Positions 9,822-20,472 of a DNA stretch of 64,000 bases are shown piece after piece. How positions within the stretch are numbered: the first letter of the stretch is position 1; each line of letters begins with the position of its first letter. The position numbers and the translations under genes are program-made. Source of the DNA: Candidatus Zhuqueibacterota bacterium (lineage in GTDB: Bacteria; Zhuqueibacterota; Zhuqueibacteria; Oceanimicrobiales; Oceanimicrobiaceae); NCBI GenBank assembly GCA_029262035.1, contig JAJDAE010000296.1:182-64181 (forward strand). Reading direction: 5' to 3'. The notes beneath the pieces were generated by a model. It was not told where the DNA came from. It did no database searches and was given only the letters and a program-made list of their open reading frames with translations.

Positions 9822-11252
9822 TCAACCTGTAGTTTTTAAAGCCAAATTCTTTTCAAGAAAATCGCCAACGCGTAGAATCATTTCTTCATCAAATTGCTTG
9901 CCGATTATTTGCACACCAATGGGCAAGTTGTTCGAATCAAACCCGCAAGGCAAAGACATACCCGGTAATCCGGCCAAATTGACTGAGACCGTGTAGACAT
10001 CGGAAAGATACATCGCTAGCGGATCATCGGTTTTCTCATCCATCTTAAATGCAGTACTTGGCGTAGTTGGTGTAATTAAACAGTCGCATTGTTTAAATGC
10101 TTCTTCAAAGTCATTTTTTATAAGTGTGCGCACTTGTTGTCCCTTGCGATAATAAGCATCGTAATATCCCGAAGAGAGCACGTAAGTCCCCAACATAATT
10201 CTCCTTTTGACTTCATTGCCAAAACCCTCACTTCGGCTCCTGACGTACATATCCTCAAGTGATTCAACATTTTCAGCGCGATAGCCATAACGTGCACCAT
10301 CATAACGAGACAGATTTGATGAAGCTTCCGCAGTAGTCAAAATGTAATAGGCAGCTATTCCATACTCAGTATTTGGCAGTGAGACTTCTAAAATCTCAGC
10401 GCCGTTTTCTTCTAGAATTTTAATAGTGTTTTCAATCGACTCACGAATTTCAGAGTCGAGTCCTTCCGAAAAATATTCTTTCGGCAGGCCGATTTTTAGT
10501 CCTTTTATGTTTCCATCCAAAGCTTTGGAAAATTTTGGCACTGTGACCGGGGCTGAAGTTGAATCTCTTTTATCGTGACCGGCGATTACTTCGAGTAAAA
10601 TTGCGGCATCGTAAACAGTGTTGGTAATCGGTCCTATTTGGTCAAATGATGAGGCAAAGGCCACAAGCCCGTAACGTGAGACCCTGCCGTAAGTGGGCTT
10701 TAAGCCAACCACGCCACAAAATGAAGCCGGCTGTCGAATCGACCCGCCGGTATCGCTCCCCAAAGCAGCCATCGCCATTTCTGCCGCTACAGCAGTACAA
10801 GAACCACCGGATGAGCCGCCCGGCACTCTTGAATTATCAACAGGATTTTTAACCGGCCCAAAGTAGGAGTTTTCATTTGAGCTGCCCATGGCAAACTCAT
10901 CCATATTGGTTTTACCAATAATGAGAGCGTCTTCTGCCAGAAGCTTTTCTATCGCAGTTGCGTTATACGGCGAGACAAAATTTTCCAGAATTTTTGAACC
11001 ACAGGTGACTTGTGAATCCTTGATCGCCATGTTGTCTTTAACTGCGAGTACCAGGCCGGCCAGTTTGCCCGCTGTGCCATTTTCAAGCTTTTTGTCAATT
11101 TCAGCAGCCTTTATCAGGGCAGCCTCTTTGTCCACAAAAATAAAGGCGTTCAATTGAACGCCTTTTTCGATTTTATCTAAATACTGTTTGACTAAATTTT
11201 CGAAACTTGTTTCTTTATTTTCTAATTTCAGCCTAACGTTTTTGAAATTCAT
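9822..11252 (-). CDS. gatA: Asp/Glu-tRNA amidotransferase subunit A
   Basis: Amidase signature [27 protein letters not shown]; adjacent to gatB. Confidence 0.97.
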   Translation of the reverse strand: MNFKNVRLKLENKETSFENLVKQYLDKIEKGVQLNAFIFVDKEAALIKAAEIDKKLENGTAGKLAGLVLAVKDNMAIKDSQVTCGSKILENFVSPYNATAIEKLLAEDALIIGKTNMDEFAMGSSNENSYFGPVKNPVDNSRVPGGSSGGSCTAVAAEMAMAALGSDTGGSIRQPASFCGVVGLKPTYGRVSRYGLVAFASSFDQIGPITNTVYDAAILLEVIAGHDKRDSTSAPVTVPKFSKALDGNIKGLKIGLPKEYFSEGLDSEIRESIENTIKILEENGAEILEVSLPNTEYGIAAYYILTTAEASSNLSRYDGARYGYRAENVESLEDMYVRSRSEGFGNEVKRRIMLGTYVLSSGYYDAYYRKGQQVRTLIKNDFEEAFKQCDCLITPTTPSTAFKMDEKTDDPLAMYLSDVYTVSVNLAGLPGMSLPCGFDSNNLPIGVQIIGKQFDEEMILRVGDFLEKNLALKTTG

Positions 11253-11285
11253 CAACCTTCTGCTTCCCTCCTGCAACGTTCAGCT

Positions 11286-11474
11286 TCATTCTTTGTCTTT
11301 TTGATCTGCAGATTTAACCTGTGACGGTTCTTCAGACTCGGGTTCCTTCACTGATTTTTTAAATTCACGTAACCCTTTACCCAGACCTTTTGCTAATTCA
11401 GGAAATTTCTTCCCGCCGAATAAAAGCAAAACGACAAAAACGACAAGCATGAGTTCCCAATGTCCTAACCCCAT
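11286..11474 (-). CDS. tatA: Twin-arginine translocase TatA/E subunit
   Basis: TM helix, LLFGGKK, amphipathic helix [11 protein letters not shown]. Confidence 0.92.
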   Translation of the reverse strand: MGLGHWELMLVVFVVLLLFGGKKFPELAKGLGKGLREFKKSVKEPESEEPSQVKSADQKDKE

Positions 11475-11477
11475 AAT

Positions 11478-11867
11478 TTAATTCTCCTTATTATTTTCTT
11501 TTTTGGGTTTGCCTGATGATTTAGCTTTAGTACTAGCTTTTTTGGGGGGTGTTTTTGAAGATTCAGACTTAACATTCTTTGCTTTTTTAGGTACTCCGGA
11601 AGACTTGGTATTTACTTTCCGTGGCTCAGTATTTATCACGCCATCCAGCTCACTCTTAATTTCGTCGACGTTTCCCTTTATTTGCTCATCAAACTCACTG
11701 CGGACATTTTGCATTTCAAGCTCATTTTTAAATTCATTCGTAGCACGCTTGAATTCACGCATTCCCTGCCCTAAACCACGCGCTAACTCCGGCAGTTTTT
11801 TTGACCCAAAAAGCATTAGTATCACTACAAAAATTACGATTAACTCAGGCATTCCTATGGAGCCCAT
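11478..11867 (-). CDS. tatA: Twin-arginine translocase TatA/TatB-family subunit
   Basis: [24 protein letters not shown], long Lys-rich tail. Confidence 0.85.
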   Translation of the reverse strand: MGSIGMPELIVIFVVILMLFGSKKLPELARGLGQGMREFKRATNEFKNELEMQNVRSEFDEQIKGNVDEIKSELDGVINTEPRKVNTKSSGVPKKAKNVKSESSKTPPKKASTKAKSSGKPKKENNKEN

Positions 11868-11888
11868 TGGGCACCTCCAAACTTTAAA

Positions 11889-12149
11889 TTAATACCACCT
11901 AAGCATATAAATTGCTATGGCAACCCCAATAATCCCTGAAATTGTAACCCTGATTTTAAACCCAACCGTGAGGGCTAAAAAACCCAATTCCAGTGTTGCA
12001 GCACTAAAACCAAAATCTCCTGATCGGGTAAAAACTTCTTTTACCACGCCTTCGGGTAGAACCAAACTCAGAAGCTGTCCTAATAATGAGCCAATAATCG
12101 CACCCAAAGCTATCATCAAAATAATTTTACCGATAGGTTTTTTTGCCAT
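11889..12149 (-). CDS. Small membrane protein (DUF4321-like)
   Basis: GAIIGSLLGQLL and LELGFLALTVGFKI pattern. Confidence 0.7.
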   Translation of the reverse strand: MAKKPIGKIILMIALGAIIGSLLGQLLSLVLPEGVVKEVFTRSGDFGFSAATLELGFLALTVGFKIRVTISGIIGVAIAIYMLRWY

Positions 12150-12181
12150 CAGTCTTTTCCCCTTTTATCGTAAACTGTAAT

Positions 12182-12877
12182 TTAATTAGACTGAACCATA
12201 TTTAAAACAGACTGAAAAATTTTTGCACCATCAGCAGAAGTCAGTAACTCTTCATAGCTTCTATCCGGGTGCGGCATCATTCCCATTACGTTGCCTTCTG
12301 CATTCATAATGCCGGCAATGTTTTCTAAAGAGCCATTGGGATTGGCCTCGTCAGTCAACTCACCGGAATTGGAGCAATACCGAAAAAGCACCTGATTATT
12401 TTTGTTCAATCTGTCCAAGGTTTCCCGGTCAGTATAATAAAGGCCTTCCGCATGTGCTACGGGAATGTTGAGAACTTCATTTTCGGTGCAATCGTTTGTA
12501 AATGCCGAGTCGTGGTTTTCAACACGAAGATTCACAAATTTGCAGACAAAGCGCAAACTTTGATTACGCATCAGCGCACCGGGTAAAAGCCCGGCCTCAC
12601 ATAAAATCTGGAAACCATTGCAAATGCCTAAAACCAGCCCGCCATTATTTGCAAAGTCAATAACAGCGTTCATTACCGGCGAAAAACGAGCAATCGCTCC
12701 CGTGCGTAAGTAATCCCCATACGAAAATCCACCCGGCAGGACGATAATATCAAAACCTTTTAAATCAGCTTCTTTGTGCCATATAAATTCGACATTCTGG
12801 TTAAACACATGCTTTAAAACATGATAACAATCATGGTCACAATTAGAGCCCGGAAATATAATTACACCACATTTCAT
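12182..12877 (-). CDS. purQ: FGAM synthase glutaminase subunit
   Basis: [30 protein letters not shown]. Confidence 0.97.
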   Translation of the reverse strand: MKCGVIIFPGSNCDHDCYHVLKHVFNQNVEFIWHKEADLKGFDIIVLPGGFSYGDYLRTGAIARFSPVMNAVIDFANNGGLVLGICNGFQILCEAGLLPGALMRNQSLRFVCKFVNLRVENHDSAFTNDCTENEVLNIPVAHAEGLYYTDRETLDRLNKNNQVLFRYCSNSGELTDEANPNGSLENIAGIMNAEGNVMGMMPHPDRSYEELLTSADGAKIFQSVLNMVQSN

Positions 12878-12889
12878 AAATTATCTCAT

Positions 12890-13141
12890 TTATTTTCCGG
12901 CTGATTGAATTTGTATTTCATAGTCTTCAATAACAGGATTTGCAAGAAGTTTCTTACAAGCCTCATCGCCCAATTCAAGCGCTTTTTCTTTAGAGACCGA
13001 ACCGAAATCTAACCGAATAAGTTTCCCCATCCTTACTTCTTCAATATTTTCAAGACCCAGGTTTTCTAATGCATGGTGAACAGTTTTGCCCTGAGGGTCC
13101 AAGATACCGCTTTTTAATGTAATATAAATTTCTGCTATCAT
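12890..13141 (-). CDS. purS: FGAM synthase subunit PurS
   Basis: LDPQG, VRMGK, LLANPVIE. Confidence 0.97.
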   Translation of the reverse strand: MIAEIYITLKSGILDPQGKTVHHALENLGLENIEEVRMGKLIRLDFGSVSKEKALELGDEACKKLLANPVIEDYEIQIQSAGK

Positions 13142-13151
13142 TAACGATCCT

Positions 13152-13892
13152 TTAATATTCAGTTAAATCAAGGCTGTCTTCTTCGTCTTGGTTTTTATCG
13201 GAAGATAGAATTGAACGCAAAAAATAAAATACTACATAACTAAATGCTAATGGAAATAAACTTTTTTCCTGAAAGATGATCACGCTTCCAACACTTAATA
13301 ATAGGAGGACAAACAAGAATGTGTTCTTCTTGCTACCACCTAAAGAAAACTTTGGCATCGCCTGATACTCGCAATGGCTAACCATTAAAAAACTAAGGAA
13401 AAGAACTATCGGAATTAATATGGGGCCGAATCTAAGACCATCCCATAGGTCATAATTAAACATCACGTAGGTTGAAATTGTCCCAGCCATAGCCGGAATT
13501 GGTAGTCCGGAAAAATTTTCCTTTACGCCTTCATCTCCTTCAACATTTACATTGAATCGAGCAAGTCGAATTGCACCGAGCAGCAAAGGTATGAAACTTA
13601 AAATAATACCCGCAGCCCCAAGTTTATAAAAGTATACCTGGTAAATTAAAAAGGAAGGTGCAACGCCAAAAGAAACAACATCTGTAATTGAGTCGAATTG
13701 CTCCCCAAATTCACTATGTGTACCGGTAAACCTCGCTATTTTACCATCTAAAGCATCCCATACTGAAGCGATAAGGATGAACCATGCGGCTGTAACAAAT
13801 TTTCCTTGCACAGCATTTACCATCGAGAAAAACCCGAAAAACAAATTCAACATTGTAAAAATGCTTGGTACTATACTCTTATTATATTTCAT
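13152..13892 (-). CDS. pssA: CDP-diacylglycerol-serine O-phosphatidyltransferase
   Basis: CDP-alcohol motif DALDGKIAR..G..FDSITD, RLARFN; next to psd. Confidence 0.93.
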   Translation of the reverse strand: MKYNKSIVPSIFTMLNLFFGFFSMVNAVQGKFVTAAWFILIASVWDALDGKIARFTGTHSEFGEQFDSITDVVSFGVAPSFLIYQVYFYKLGAAGIILSFIPLLLGAIRLARFNVNVEGDEGVKENFSGLPIPAMAGTISTYVMFNYDLWDGLRFGPILIPIVLFLSFLMVSHCEYQAMPKFSLGGSKKNTFLFVLLLLSVGSVIIFQEKSLFPLAFSYVVFYFLRSILSSDKNQDEEDSLDLTEY

Positions 13893-14547
13893 CCTTAAAT
13901 ACTCCTATTATACTTTGCCCGCTCTTTACTTTTTGATTTAATTTCACGTTGATCTCAACTTCATCCGGAAGTAAAAGATCTATGCGTGAACCAAACTTTA
14001 TCAATCCAAATCTTTCGCCAATATTTACATTGTGGGCTTCACGTACATGGCAAACAATTCTTCTGGCAATTAAACCTGCTATTTGCTTAAACAAGAGTTT
14101 TCTTTTCCCATTCGTAATACCAATAATCGTTTGTTCGTTTACTTCAGAGGCAGAGCTGTGATAGGCATTCTTAAAAGATCCTTTTCTATATTTGAAATGA
14201 CTCACCGTACCCGAAATGGGTATTCGATTAACATGGACATCAAAAACATTCATAAAAATGCTAACCCGCGTCACTTTTTTATCGAAAAAATCAGCCTCAT
14301 ATTCTTCAATAATCTCAACTATCTTACCATCTGCAGGAGAAATAATATTAGCCTCTCCCTTCGGAAGTGGTCTATCGGGATCACGAAAAAAATTTAGAAC
14401 AAAAAGTGTAAAAACAACACTTGCGCCTGCCATAATTTTGAGATGCAAATAAGGACTAAGAAAGGCTCCAATTGTGAAAAAGAGTGCAGAGAACACCACA
14501 CCAAAAACAATACCTAAACCGTCGCGCGCCAACTTCCCTCCAAGCAT
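13882..14547 (-). CDS. psd: Phosphatidylserine decarboxylase proenzyme
   Basis: FFRDP, SPADG, DVHVNR, KFGSR cleavage site. Confidence 0.95.
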   Translation of the reverse strand: MLGGKLARDGLGIVFGVVFSALFFTIGAFLSPYLHLKIMAGASVVFTLFVLNFFRDPDRPLPKGEANIISPADGKIVEIIEEYEADFFDKKVTRVSIFMNVFDVHVNRIPISGTVSHFKYRKGSFKNAYHSSASEVNEQTIIGITNGKRKLLFKQIAGLIARRIVCHVREAHNVNIGERFGLIKFGSRIDLLLPDEVEINVKLNQKVKSGQSIIGVFKDEI

Positions 14548-14554
14548 TTTCTAA

Positions 14555-15277
14555 TTAATTGAATACTCTGCTGTGAACTTCTTTATAGGCCGCTTCGACA
14601 TTCCCGAGGTCTTGGCGGAATCTATCTTTATCCATTTTTTCGCCGGAAACAACATCCCAAAAACGACAGGTGTCAGGCGAGATTTCATCACCTAAACTTA
14701 TTTTCCCTAATTTGTTGCGGCCAAATTCCAGCTTAAAGTCAACCAATAACATATTGCGTCTGATGAAGTAAGATTTTAGGACAGCATTAATTTTTTGAGT
14801 AAAACGTTTAATTTGCTTTATTTCTTCTTCATTTGCATGCTCAAATGAAAGAATGTGATCCTCATTTATCAAAGGATCATGCTTCGCATCATCCTTTAAA
14901 TAAAACTCTAAAATCGGATGTTCCAACTCCTTGCCTTCCTTAACTCCATAGCGCTTTACAAGGCTGCCGGTTGCAATATTTCGCATTACGACCTCAACTG
15001 GAATCATATCTAACTTTTTGATAACCATTGAATTATCAGACATGTGCTTCACAAAATGGGTTGGCACATGGTAACTTTCAAGGTAACTAAAAAGTTGTCC
15101 GGAAATCTGATTATTGAGCACACCTTTCGCTTTTATCTTCCCCTTCTTTTTTCCGTCAAGAGCAGTTGCATCATCTTTGAATTCCTGAATATAGTAGTCC
15201 TCATTATCTGTTTCAAAAACGATTTTGGCTTTGCCTTCGTACAATTTCTGTTTCTTCTTCACACTTATTTCTTTCAA
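14555..15277 (-). CDS. purC: SAICAR synthase
   Basis: LYEGKAK, DFKLEFG, DEISPDTCRFWD. Confidence 0.97.
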   Translation of the reverse strand: MKEISVKKKQKLYEGKAKIVFETDNEDYYIQEFKDDATALDGKKKGKIKAKGVLNNQISGQLFSYLESYHVPTHFVKHMSDNSMVIKKLDMIPVEVVMRNIATGSLVKRYGVKEGKELEHPILEFYLKDDAKHDPLINEDHILSFEHANEEEIKQIKRFTQKINAVLKSYFIRRNMLLVDFKLEFGRNKLGKISLGDEISPDTCRFWDVVSGEKMDKDRFRQDLGNVEAAYKEVHSRVFN

Positions 15278-15319
15278 TTATCTGCTCTCCTCTTTATTAA
15301 ACATCTGATTTGTCACTAA

Positions 15320-16615
15320 TTAGTCCAGACCAACTCTTTTAAATATTAGATTAACGTTACTTAAATTTTTCTTTAAATTAAAGCAATTTTCGATTTCTTC
15401 CTCTGTTAATAACTTTTTTATTTGCTCGCTTTCTTTTAAAATAGTTTTGAAGTCACCGCCTTTTTCCCAAACTTGCATGGCACATACCTGAACGTGTTGG
15501 TAGGAATCTTCGCGCGTGATTCCTTTCCTGGTTAATGCCAGTAAAAGAGATTGCGAAAAAACAAGCCCTCTGGTTTTCTCCAGATTCATCATCATGTTTT
15601 CTGGATAGACGATGAGATTGGTTACAATGTTGGTAAATTTGTTTAAAATATAATCCAATGCTATTGTACTATCCGGAATGATAATTCGTTCAACTGAGGA
15701 ATGAGTAATATCCCGTTCATGCCACAAGGTAATATTATCCATCGCTGAAACGGCGTTACTTTTGATGACGCGTGCAATTCCACACACTTGTTCGCTACTG
15801 ATCGGGTTTCTTTTATGTGGCATTGCCGAAGAGCCTTTTTGCCCTTTTGAAAAAAACTCCTCCACCTCAAGGATTTCTGTACGTTGCAGGTTTCGAATTT
15901 CCGTACCAAATTTTTCTAAAGAACTTGCGATTAGGGCCAGTGTGGTCATAAATTCTGCATGACGATCGCGTTGTATTATTTGGGTAGAAACCGGGGCTGG
16001 TTTCAAATCCAGCTTGTCACAGACATAAGCTTCTACTTCGGGTGAAATGTGAGAAAATGTCCCCACAGCGCCGGAAATTTTTCCAACTGAAATCGTCTCG
16101 ATGGCTCTTTCCAGGCGTTCAATGCTACGGCGTACTTCATCGTACCACAGCGCCATTTTTAAACCAAACGTTGAAGGCTCCGCGTGAATTCCGTGTGAAC
16201 GTCCAATGCACGGCGTATCTTTGTGCTCTTTGGCCCGTACGGCGATGGCTTCTTGCAGCTTTTTTAATCCATCCAGTAACATCAATCCAGCACGACGCAT
16301 CTGACTTGCCAGGGACGTATCCAAAAGATCAGAAGACGTCATTCCCAAATGAATAAAACGGCTATCTGTACCTACATATTCAGCAACGTTGGTTAAAAAA
16401 GCGATCACATCGTGTTTAACTGTTTTCTCGATTTCCAAAACTCGGCTTTTATCAAAGGCCGCTTTTTCTTTTATAACTTCTACCGCTTCAGCCGGAATTT
16501 CTCCGAGCTTAGCCAAGCCTTCACAAGCCAGGATTTCTACTTTGAGCCAGGTTTCAAATTTCGCCTCATCGCTCCAAAGCGCTGCCATCTCAGGGCGGGA
16601 ATATCTTTCAATCAA
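15320..16615 (-). CDS. purB: Adenylosuccinate lyase
   Basis: HDVIAF, GRSHGIHA, GSSAMPHKRNP. Confidence 0.97.
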   Translation of the reverse strand: MIERYSRPEMAALWSDEAKFETWLKVEILACEGLAKLGEIPAEAVEVIKEKAAFDKSRVLEIEKTVKHDVIAFLTNVAEYVGTDSRFIHLGMTSSDLLDTSLASQMRRAGLMLLDGLKKLQEAIAVRAKEHKDTPCIGRSHGIHAEPSTFGLKMALWYDEVRRSIERLERAIETISVGKISGAVGTFSHISPEVEAYVCDKLDLKPAPVSTQIIQRDRHAEFMTTLALIASSLEKFGTEIRNLQRTEILEVEEFFSKGQKGSSAMPHKRNPISSEQVCGIARVIKSNAVSAMDNITLWHERDITHSSVERIIIPDSTIALDYILNKFTNIVTNLIVYPENMMMNLEKTRGLVFSQSLLLALTRKGITREDSYQHVQVCAMQVWEKGGDFKTILKESEQIKKLLTEEEIENCFNLKKNLSNVNLIFKRVGLD

Positions 16616-16628
16616 CTTTTAGTTTTCC

Positions 16629-17816
16629 TTACTTTCTTTTGATTTCTTTTAGAATAAGAATAAAGTTTTGTGTTTTTTTATCTCGAATTACCGTCAAGTT
16701 TAGTTTATCTCCACCACGTAAATCAGAGTTATCAATAACCTTCCAGATATCATTTTCATTTTGAATTTTTTTTTCATTGATGGCTACTATTATATCGCCG
16801 CTCTCAATTTTCGCGAAATAAGCCGGACTGTCTTTTTCAACGTTGGTAACAATGACACCGTTATTTGCCTGTAGCCGAAAATAGCGTGCCACCATCGGTG
16901 GAATTTCTTCAACAGAAAGGCCGGTTGTCCAACGCCGATTCACTTCACCGTACTGCTTTAAATCTTTTAAAACCCGAATGATACGATTGCTGGGAATTGC
17001 AAAACCAAGTCCAATAGAACCGGTATTATAATCATTACCAGTATAAATAAATGTATTAATACCGATAACCTCACCCAAGCTGTTCAGCAGCGGACCGCCA
17101 CTATTCCCCTGGTTAATTGCTGCATCCGTTTGAATCATATCCTGATAAACGCGGTCATTGCGCTGACGCCCAAAGTCTCTGTCCACAGCGCTTACAACTC
17201 CAACAGTAACCGTTGGCTTTGCGTTAATTTCAAACAAGCCAAATGGGTTGCCCACGGCAATGACCCATTCACCGATGATAATATCATCCGAATCACCTAA
17301 CCTGACAAAAGGATAATCTTTATCACGTATTTTTATCAGGGCGATATCAGTAATATAATCAGAGCCAATCAGGTCAGCATTTTCTGTTGTGCCATCGGCC
17401 AAGGCCACTACTATCTCGGACGCATTATGCACAACATGCTCATTTGTCAAAATATAGCCATCGGCTGAAATAACAAATCCTGAGCCTAAGCTTTTGACTG
17501 CCTGCCGGGGAATCATTCCCGGGTAGAAGAAACGAAAAAATGGATCGTCAGAATATAAACTTCTTCGTGACTCGCGGATTTGAGTTACATTTATACCCAC
17601 AATTGCGTCATTTGCTTTTTCGATGGCCATTGTAATCGCATTTCTACGACTATTAGTAATGTCGTTATTACTTTGCTCCAGGTTCTGTGCCGAATGTGTC
17701 TGGGCATTGAGAGCATCCACATCCAGATTTTTCAAAGAAGAATCGTCTTCTCCGCTGCCACACCCAAAAACAAAATAAATAACCGCGAGACAAATAATAA
17801 GCTGCTTATAAGTCAT
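16629..17816 (-). CDS. htrA: HtrA/DegP-family serine protease (lipoprotein, one PDZ domain)
   Basis: TNEHV, DIAL, GNSGGPL catalytic triad; C-terminal PDZ; lipobox VFGC. Confidence 0.92.
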   Translation of the reverse strand: MTYKQLIICLAVIYFVFGCGSGEDDSSLKNLDVDALNAQTHSAQNLEQSNNDITNSRRNAITMAIEKANDAIVGINVTQIRESRRSLYSDDPFFRFFYPGMIPRQAVKSLGSGFVISADGYILTNEHVVHNASEIVVALADGTTENADLIGSDYITDIALIKIRDKDYPFVRLGDSDDIIIGEWVIAVGNPFGLFEINAKPTVTVGVVSAVDRDFGRQRNDRVYQDMIQTDAAINQGNSGGPLLNSLGEVIGINTFIYTGNDYNTGSIGLGFAIPSNRIIRVLKDLKQYGEVNRRWTTGLSVEEIPPMVARYFRLQANNGVIVTNVEKDSPAYFAKIESGDIIVAINEKKIQNENDIWKVIDNSDLRGGDKLNLTVIRDKKTQNFILILKEIKRK

Positions 17817-17839
17817 AATTTCTTACTCTCAAATAACCT

Positions 17840-18496
17840 TTAAACATGATCTTTAACTTTGTCCCAATCTGCAAGAAACTGTTTCAAACCGATATCAGTC
17901 AAAGGATGGTTAAACAATTGGTCGAAAACTTTATAAGGCATTGTTGAAATATCAGCGCCAATTAATGCAGCCTCGACAAGATGCAAAGGGTGCCGTAGAC
18001 TTGCTGCAAGAATTTCAGTTTCATAACCATAGTTGTCATAAATAATTCGGATATCACGGATAATATCCATCCCTACGCCACTGATGTCATCAACACGCCC
18101 AACAAACGGACTGATTAAAGTCGCACCGGCTTTCGCAGCCAGCCATGCCTGACTTGCGCTAAAGCACAAAGTTACGTTGGTTTTAATGCCTTCTGAGGAA
18201 AGTACCTTTACAGCTTTTAAGCCTTCCCGAATCATTGGGATTTTAATATAAACGTTTTCACTTATTTTGGCGAGTTCATGTGCTTCGTCAAGCATGCTTT
18301 TTGCATCAGTAGAAACTACTTCAGCGCTAACCGGCCCATCTACAATTTCACATATTTGTGCAATCATTTCCTTAAAAGTCCCGGCTCCTTTTTCTCTGGA
18401 AACCAAAGTGGGATTTGTTGTAACACCATCTAAAATCCCCATGCTGGCGGCTAGTTTAATTTCGTCAATGTTTGCAGTGTCTAAAAAGAACTTCAT
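17840..18496 (-). CDS. tal: Transaldolase / fructose-6-phosphate aldolase family protein
   Basis: FFLDTAN, GVTTNP, IKIP Schiff-base Lys, SPFVGR, AASLR. Confidence 0.9.
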   Translation of the reverse strand: MKFFLDTANIDEIKLAASMGILDGVTTNPTLVSREKGAGTFKEMIAQICEIVDGPVSAEVVSTDAKSMLDEAHELAKISENVYIKIPMIREGLKAVKVLSSEGIKTNVTLCFSASQAWLAAKAGATLISPFVGRVDDISGVGMDIIRDIRIIYDNYGYETEILAASLRHPLHLVEAALIGADISTMPYKVFDQLFNHPLTDIGLKQFLADWDKVKDHV

Positions 18497-18508
18497 AGTT
18501 ATACCTCG

Positions 18509-19237
18509 TTAATAATTAATTTTATATAGAAATAACCCGTGCGGTGGAACAGTATAACAGGCATTTTCCCGCTTACCGCTTTTCAAAATTTTTTGAATGT
18601 CTACGGGTTGCAATTTACCACGCCCAACCTCAATCATAGCGCCTACAATTATACGAACCATATTATGAAGGAACCGATTGGCTGAAATTTCCATCGTAAT
18701 TTCTTCATTCTCATCGTGCCATTCAATATATTTTACATCGCTCAGGTAATGTTTTTCTTTTTCATTATATTTTGAGAAGGCTGAAAAAACATGCGAGCCA
18801 ATCAAGTACTCAGAAGCTTGCTTCATTTTTTCCAAATCCAATTTGTACTTACAAAACCAGGAATACTTTCGCCCAATAGCTTTCATTCTCCGCGAAATAC
18901 AGTAGCGATATTCTCTGCTTTTAGCACTAAAACGAGCATGAAATTTATCACTTACTTCCTCTGCTGAAATCACCTGAATATCTTTCGGCAGGTAAAAATT
19001 CAGGCCGTTTTTTATCGAATCATCTGAAAGCGAACTAGCGGTTTTAAAGTTTGCGACCTGCCCAAGTGCGTGTACTCCCGAATCGGTCCGGCCTGCGCCA
19101 TAAATAGTTGGTGATTCCTGACTCAAACTCTGAAGGGATTTTATTAACTCACCCTGAATGGTGCGGTCTTCAAGTTGTTGTTGCCAACCGATAAAATCAG
19201 TACCGTCATATTCCATAACAAGTTTGATATTTCTCAT
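18509..19237 (-). CDS. truA: tRNA pseudouridine(38-40) synthase
   Basis: YDGTDF.GWQ, AGRTDSGVHA, FLHNMVR. Confidence 0.96.
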   Translation of the reverse strand: MRNIKLVMEYDGTDFIGWQQQLEDRTIQGELIKSLQSLSQESPTIYGAGRTDSGVHALGQVANFKTASSLSDDSIKNGLNFYLPKDIQVISAEEVSDKFHARFSAKSREYRYCISRRMKAIGRKYSWFCKYKLDLEKMKQASEYLIGSHVFSAFSKYNEKEKHYLSDVKYIEWHDENEEITMEISANRFLHNMVRIIVGAMIEVGRGKLQPVDIQKILKSGKRENACYTVPPHGLFLYKINY

Positions 19238-20037
19238 TAACTTGAAGCAGTGAGAAAAATTTGAAGTGTGAATAAGCTAACCGAAAGCCCTACGAGAAGA
19301 TGATCCCTTATCGCAAAATTTAACTTCCGATAAGATGAACGGCGGATACCCGCTAAATAATTTCTCGACTCCATTGCAATTGCGAGTTCTTCGGCTCTTT
19401 GGATGGATGATATTACAAGAGGTAAAATCATTGCTCCAATATTTCGCACTCTTTGTGTTAGTTTTACGTTAAGGGATATACCGCGCGAAAGTTGAGCGTT
19501 TTTCAACCTTTCCACTTCGGCAATAAGAATGGGTATAAAGCGCAACGTCAAAGTTAGCATTAAAACAAATTCCTGAACGGGCAATTTGATTTTCTTTAAC
19601 GGACTTAGAAGTTTTTCCAATCCGTCAGTCAGGTCAAGCGGCGAAGTAGTAAAAGTTAACAAACCGGTTAGTAAAATCAACAATGCAAACCTTGCAGAAA
19701 ACAATGTACCGTTTTCTAATCCTTCTTTTGAAATTGAGAAAATTTTAAAATCGAGTAAAACGACACCTTGCGTAAAAAAAGAGTGTATCATAAAAGTGAA
19801 TAGAACAAACCATAAAAATGGCTTCAAATTTTTTGTAAATACAGATAAAGGAATATTTGTAAAATAAATTCCTGAAAAAACCAATATCGAAAAAAGAATC
19901 AAAGAACCGGCTGTATTAACAGCCAGCAAAGCTGTCATTAAAAACAAACTTGCTATAATTTTACTCCTTGGGTCACAACGATGGACGATACTTTTACCAG
20001 TATAAAATTGTCCGAGTATTATATCTTTCAAGGCCAT
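19237..20037 (-). CDS. ecfT: ECF transporter transmembrane component T
   Basis: DPRSK, LRFIP, AQLSRG, AMESR motifs. Confidence 0.9.
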   Translation of the reverse strand: MALKDIILGQFYTGKSIVHRCDPRSKIIASLFLMTALLAVNTAGSLILFSILVFSGIYFTNIPLSVFTKNLKPFLWFVLFTFMIHSFFTQGVVLLDFKIFSISKEGLENGTLFSARFALLILLTGLLTFTTSPLDLTDGLEKLLSPLKKIKLPVQEFVLMLTLTLRFIPILIAEVERLKNAQLSRGISLNVKLTQRVRNIGAMILPLVISSIQRAEELAIAMESRNYLAGIRRSSYRKLNFAIRDHLLVGLSVSLFTLQIFLTASS

Positions 20038-20221
20038 AGTTTTTGAAGTAAAATCAGCAAGTAATATAAAACATTTCTTAAAAAAATCAAATGAAAAGAT
20101 AGCATTTATCTTTCCGGGAATTTATAGGCACTAAAAATTGTTTTAAAGAAAAACAGGAACTATTTAATCAATCGAATTTTTAATAAATTTAACATTATGG
20201 TGCTCAAACCAATATTTACTA

Positions 20222-20250
20222 TTGACTTTTTGTAAACATTAGGCTATACT
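20222..20250 (+). promoter_or_regulatory. Sigma70 promoter P1 upstream of the riboswitch-like leader
   Basis: TTGACT-N17-TATACT. Confidence 0.7.
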
Positions 20251-20281
20251 TCGTGTAGCTTAAAAATCAGAACATTTATCT

Positions 20282-20351
20282 TCGTGTAATTCCTCGTAAT
20301 ATGGTCGAGGGAGTCCCCACCAACAAACCTTAAATTTGTTGTCACCACTGA
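20282..20351 (+). ncRNA. Purine-family riboswitch aptamer variant (C51; candidate 2'-deoxyguanosine sensor)
   Basis: P1 TCGTG/CAC(T)GA; J1/2 TAA; P2 TTCCTCG/CGAGGGA with loop AATATGG; J2/3 GTCCCCAC; P3 CAACAAA/TTTGTTG with loop CCTTAAA; the GG-CC kissing pair is retained. Confidence 0.75.
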
Positions 20352-20370
20352 CGCATGTAATATATTAAGC

Positions 20371-20399
20371 TTGACAATGTAAATAACGATTGTTAAATT
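20371..20399 (+). promoter_or_regulatory. Second sigma70-like promoter P2, downstream of the aptamer
   Basis: TTGACA-N17-TAAATT with extended TG. Confidence 0.5.
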
Positions 20400-20472
20400 T
20401 TAGCCTTAACTTTTTGCATTCCAGTGAGCCAATCACAAGACCGATAACCTAAAATATTTTGTCTAAGATCCT

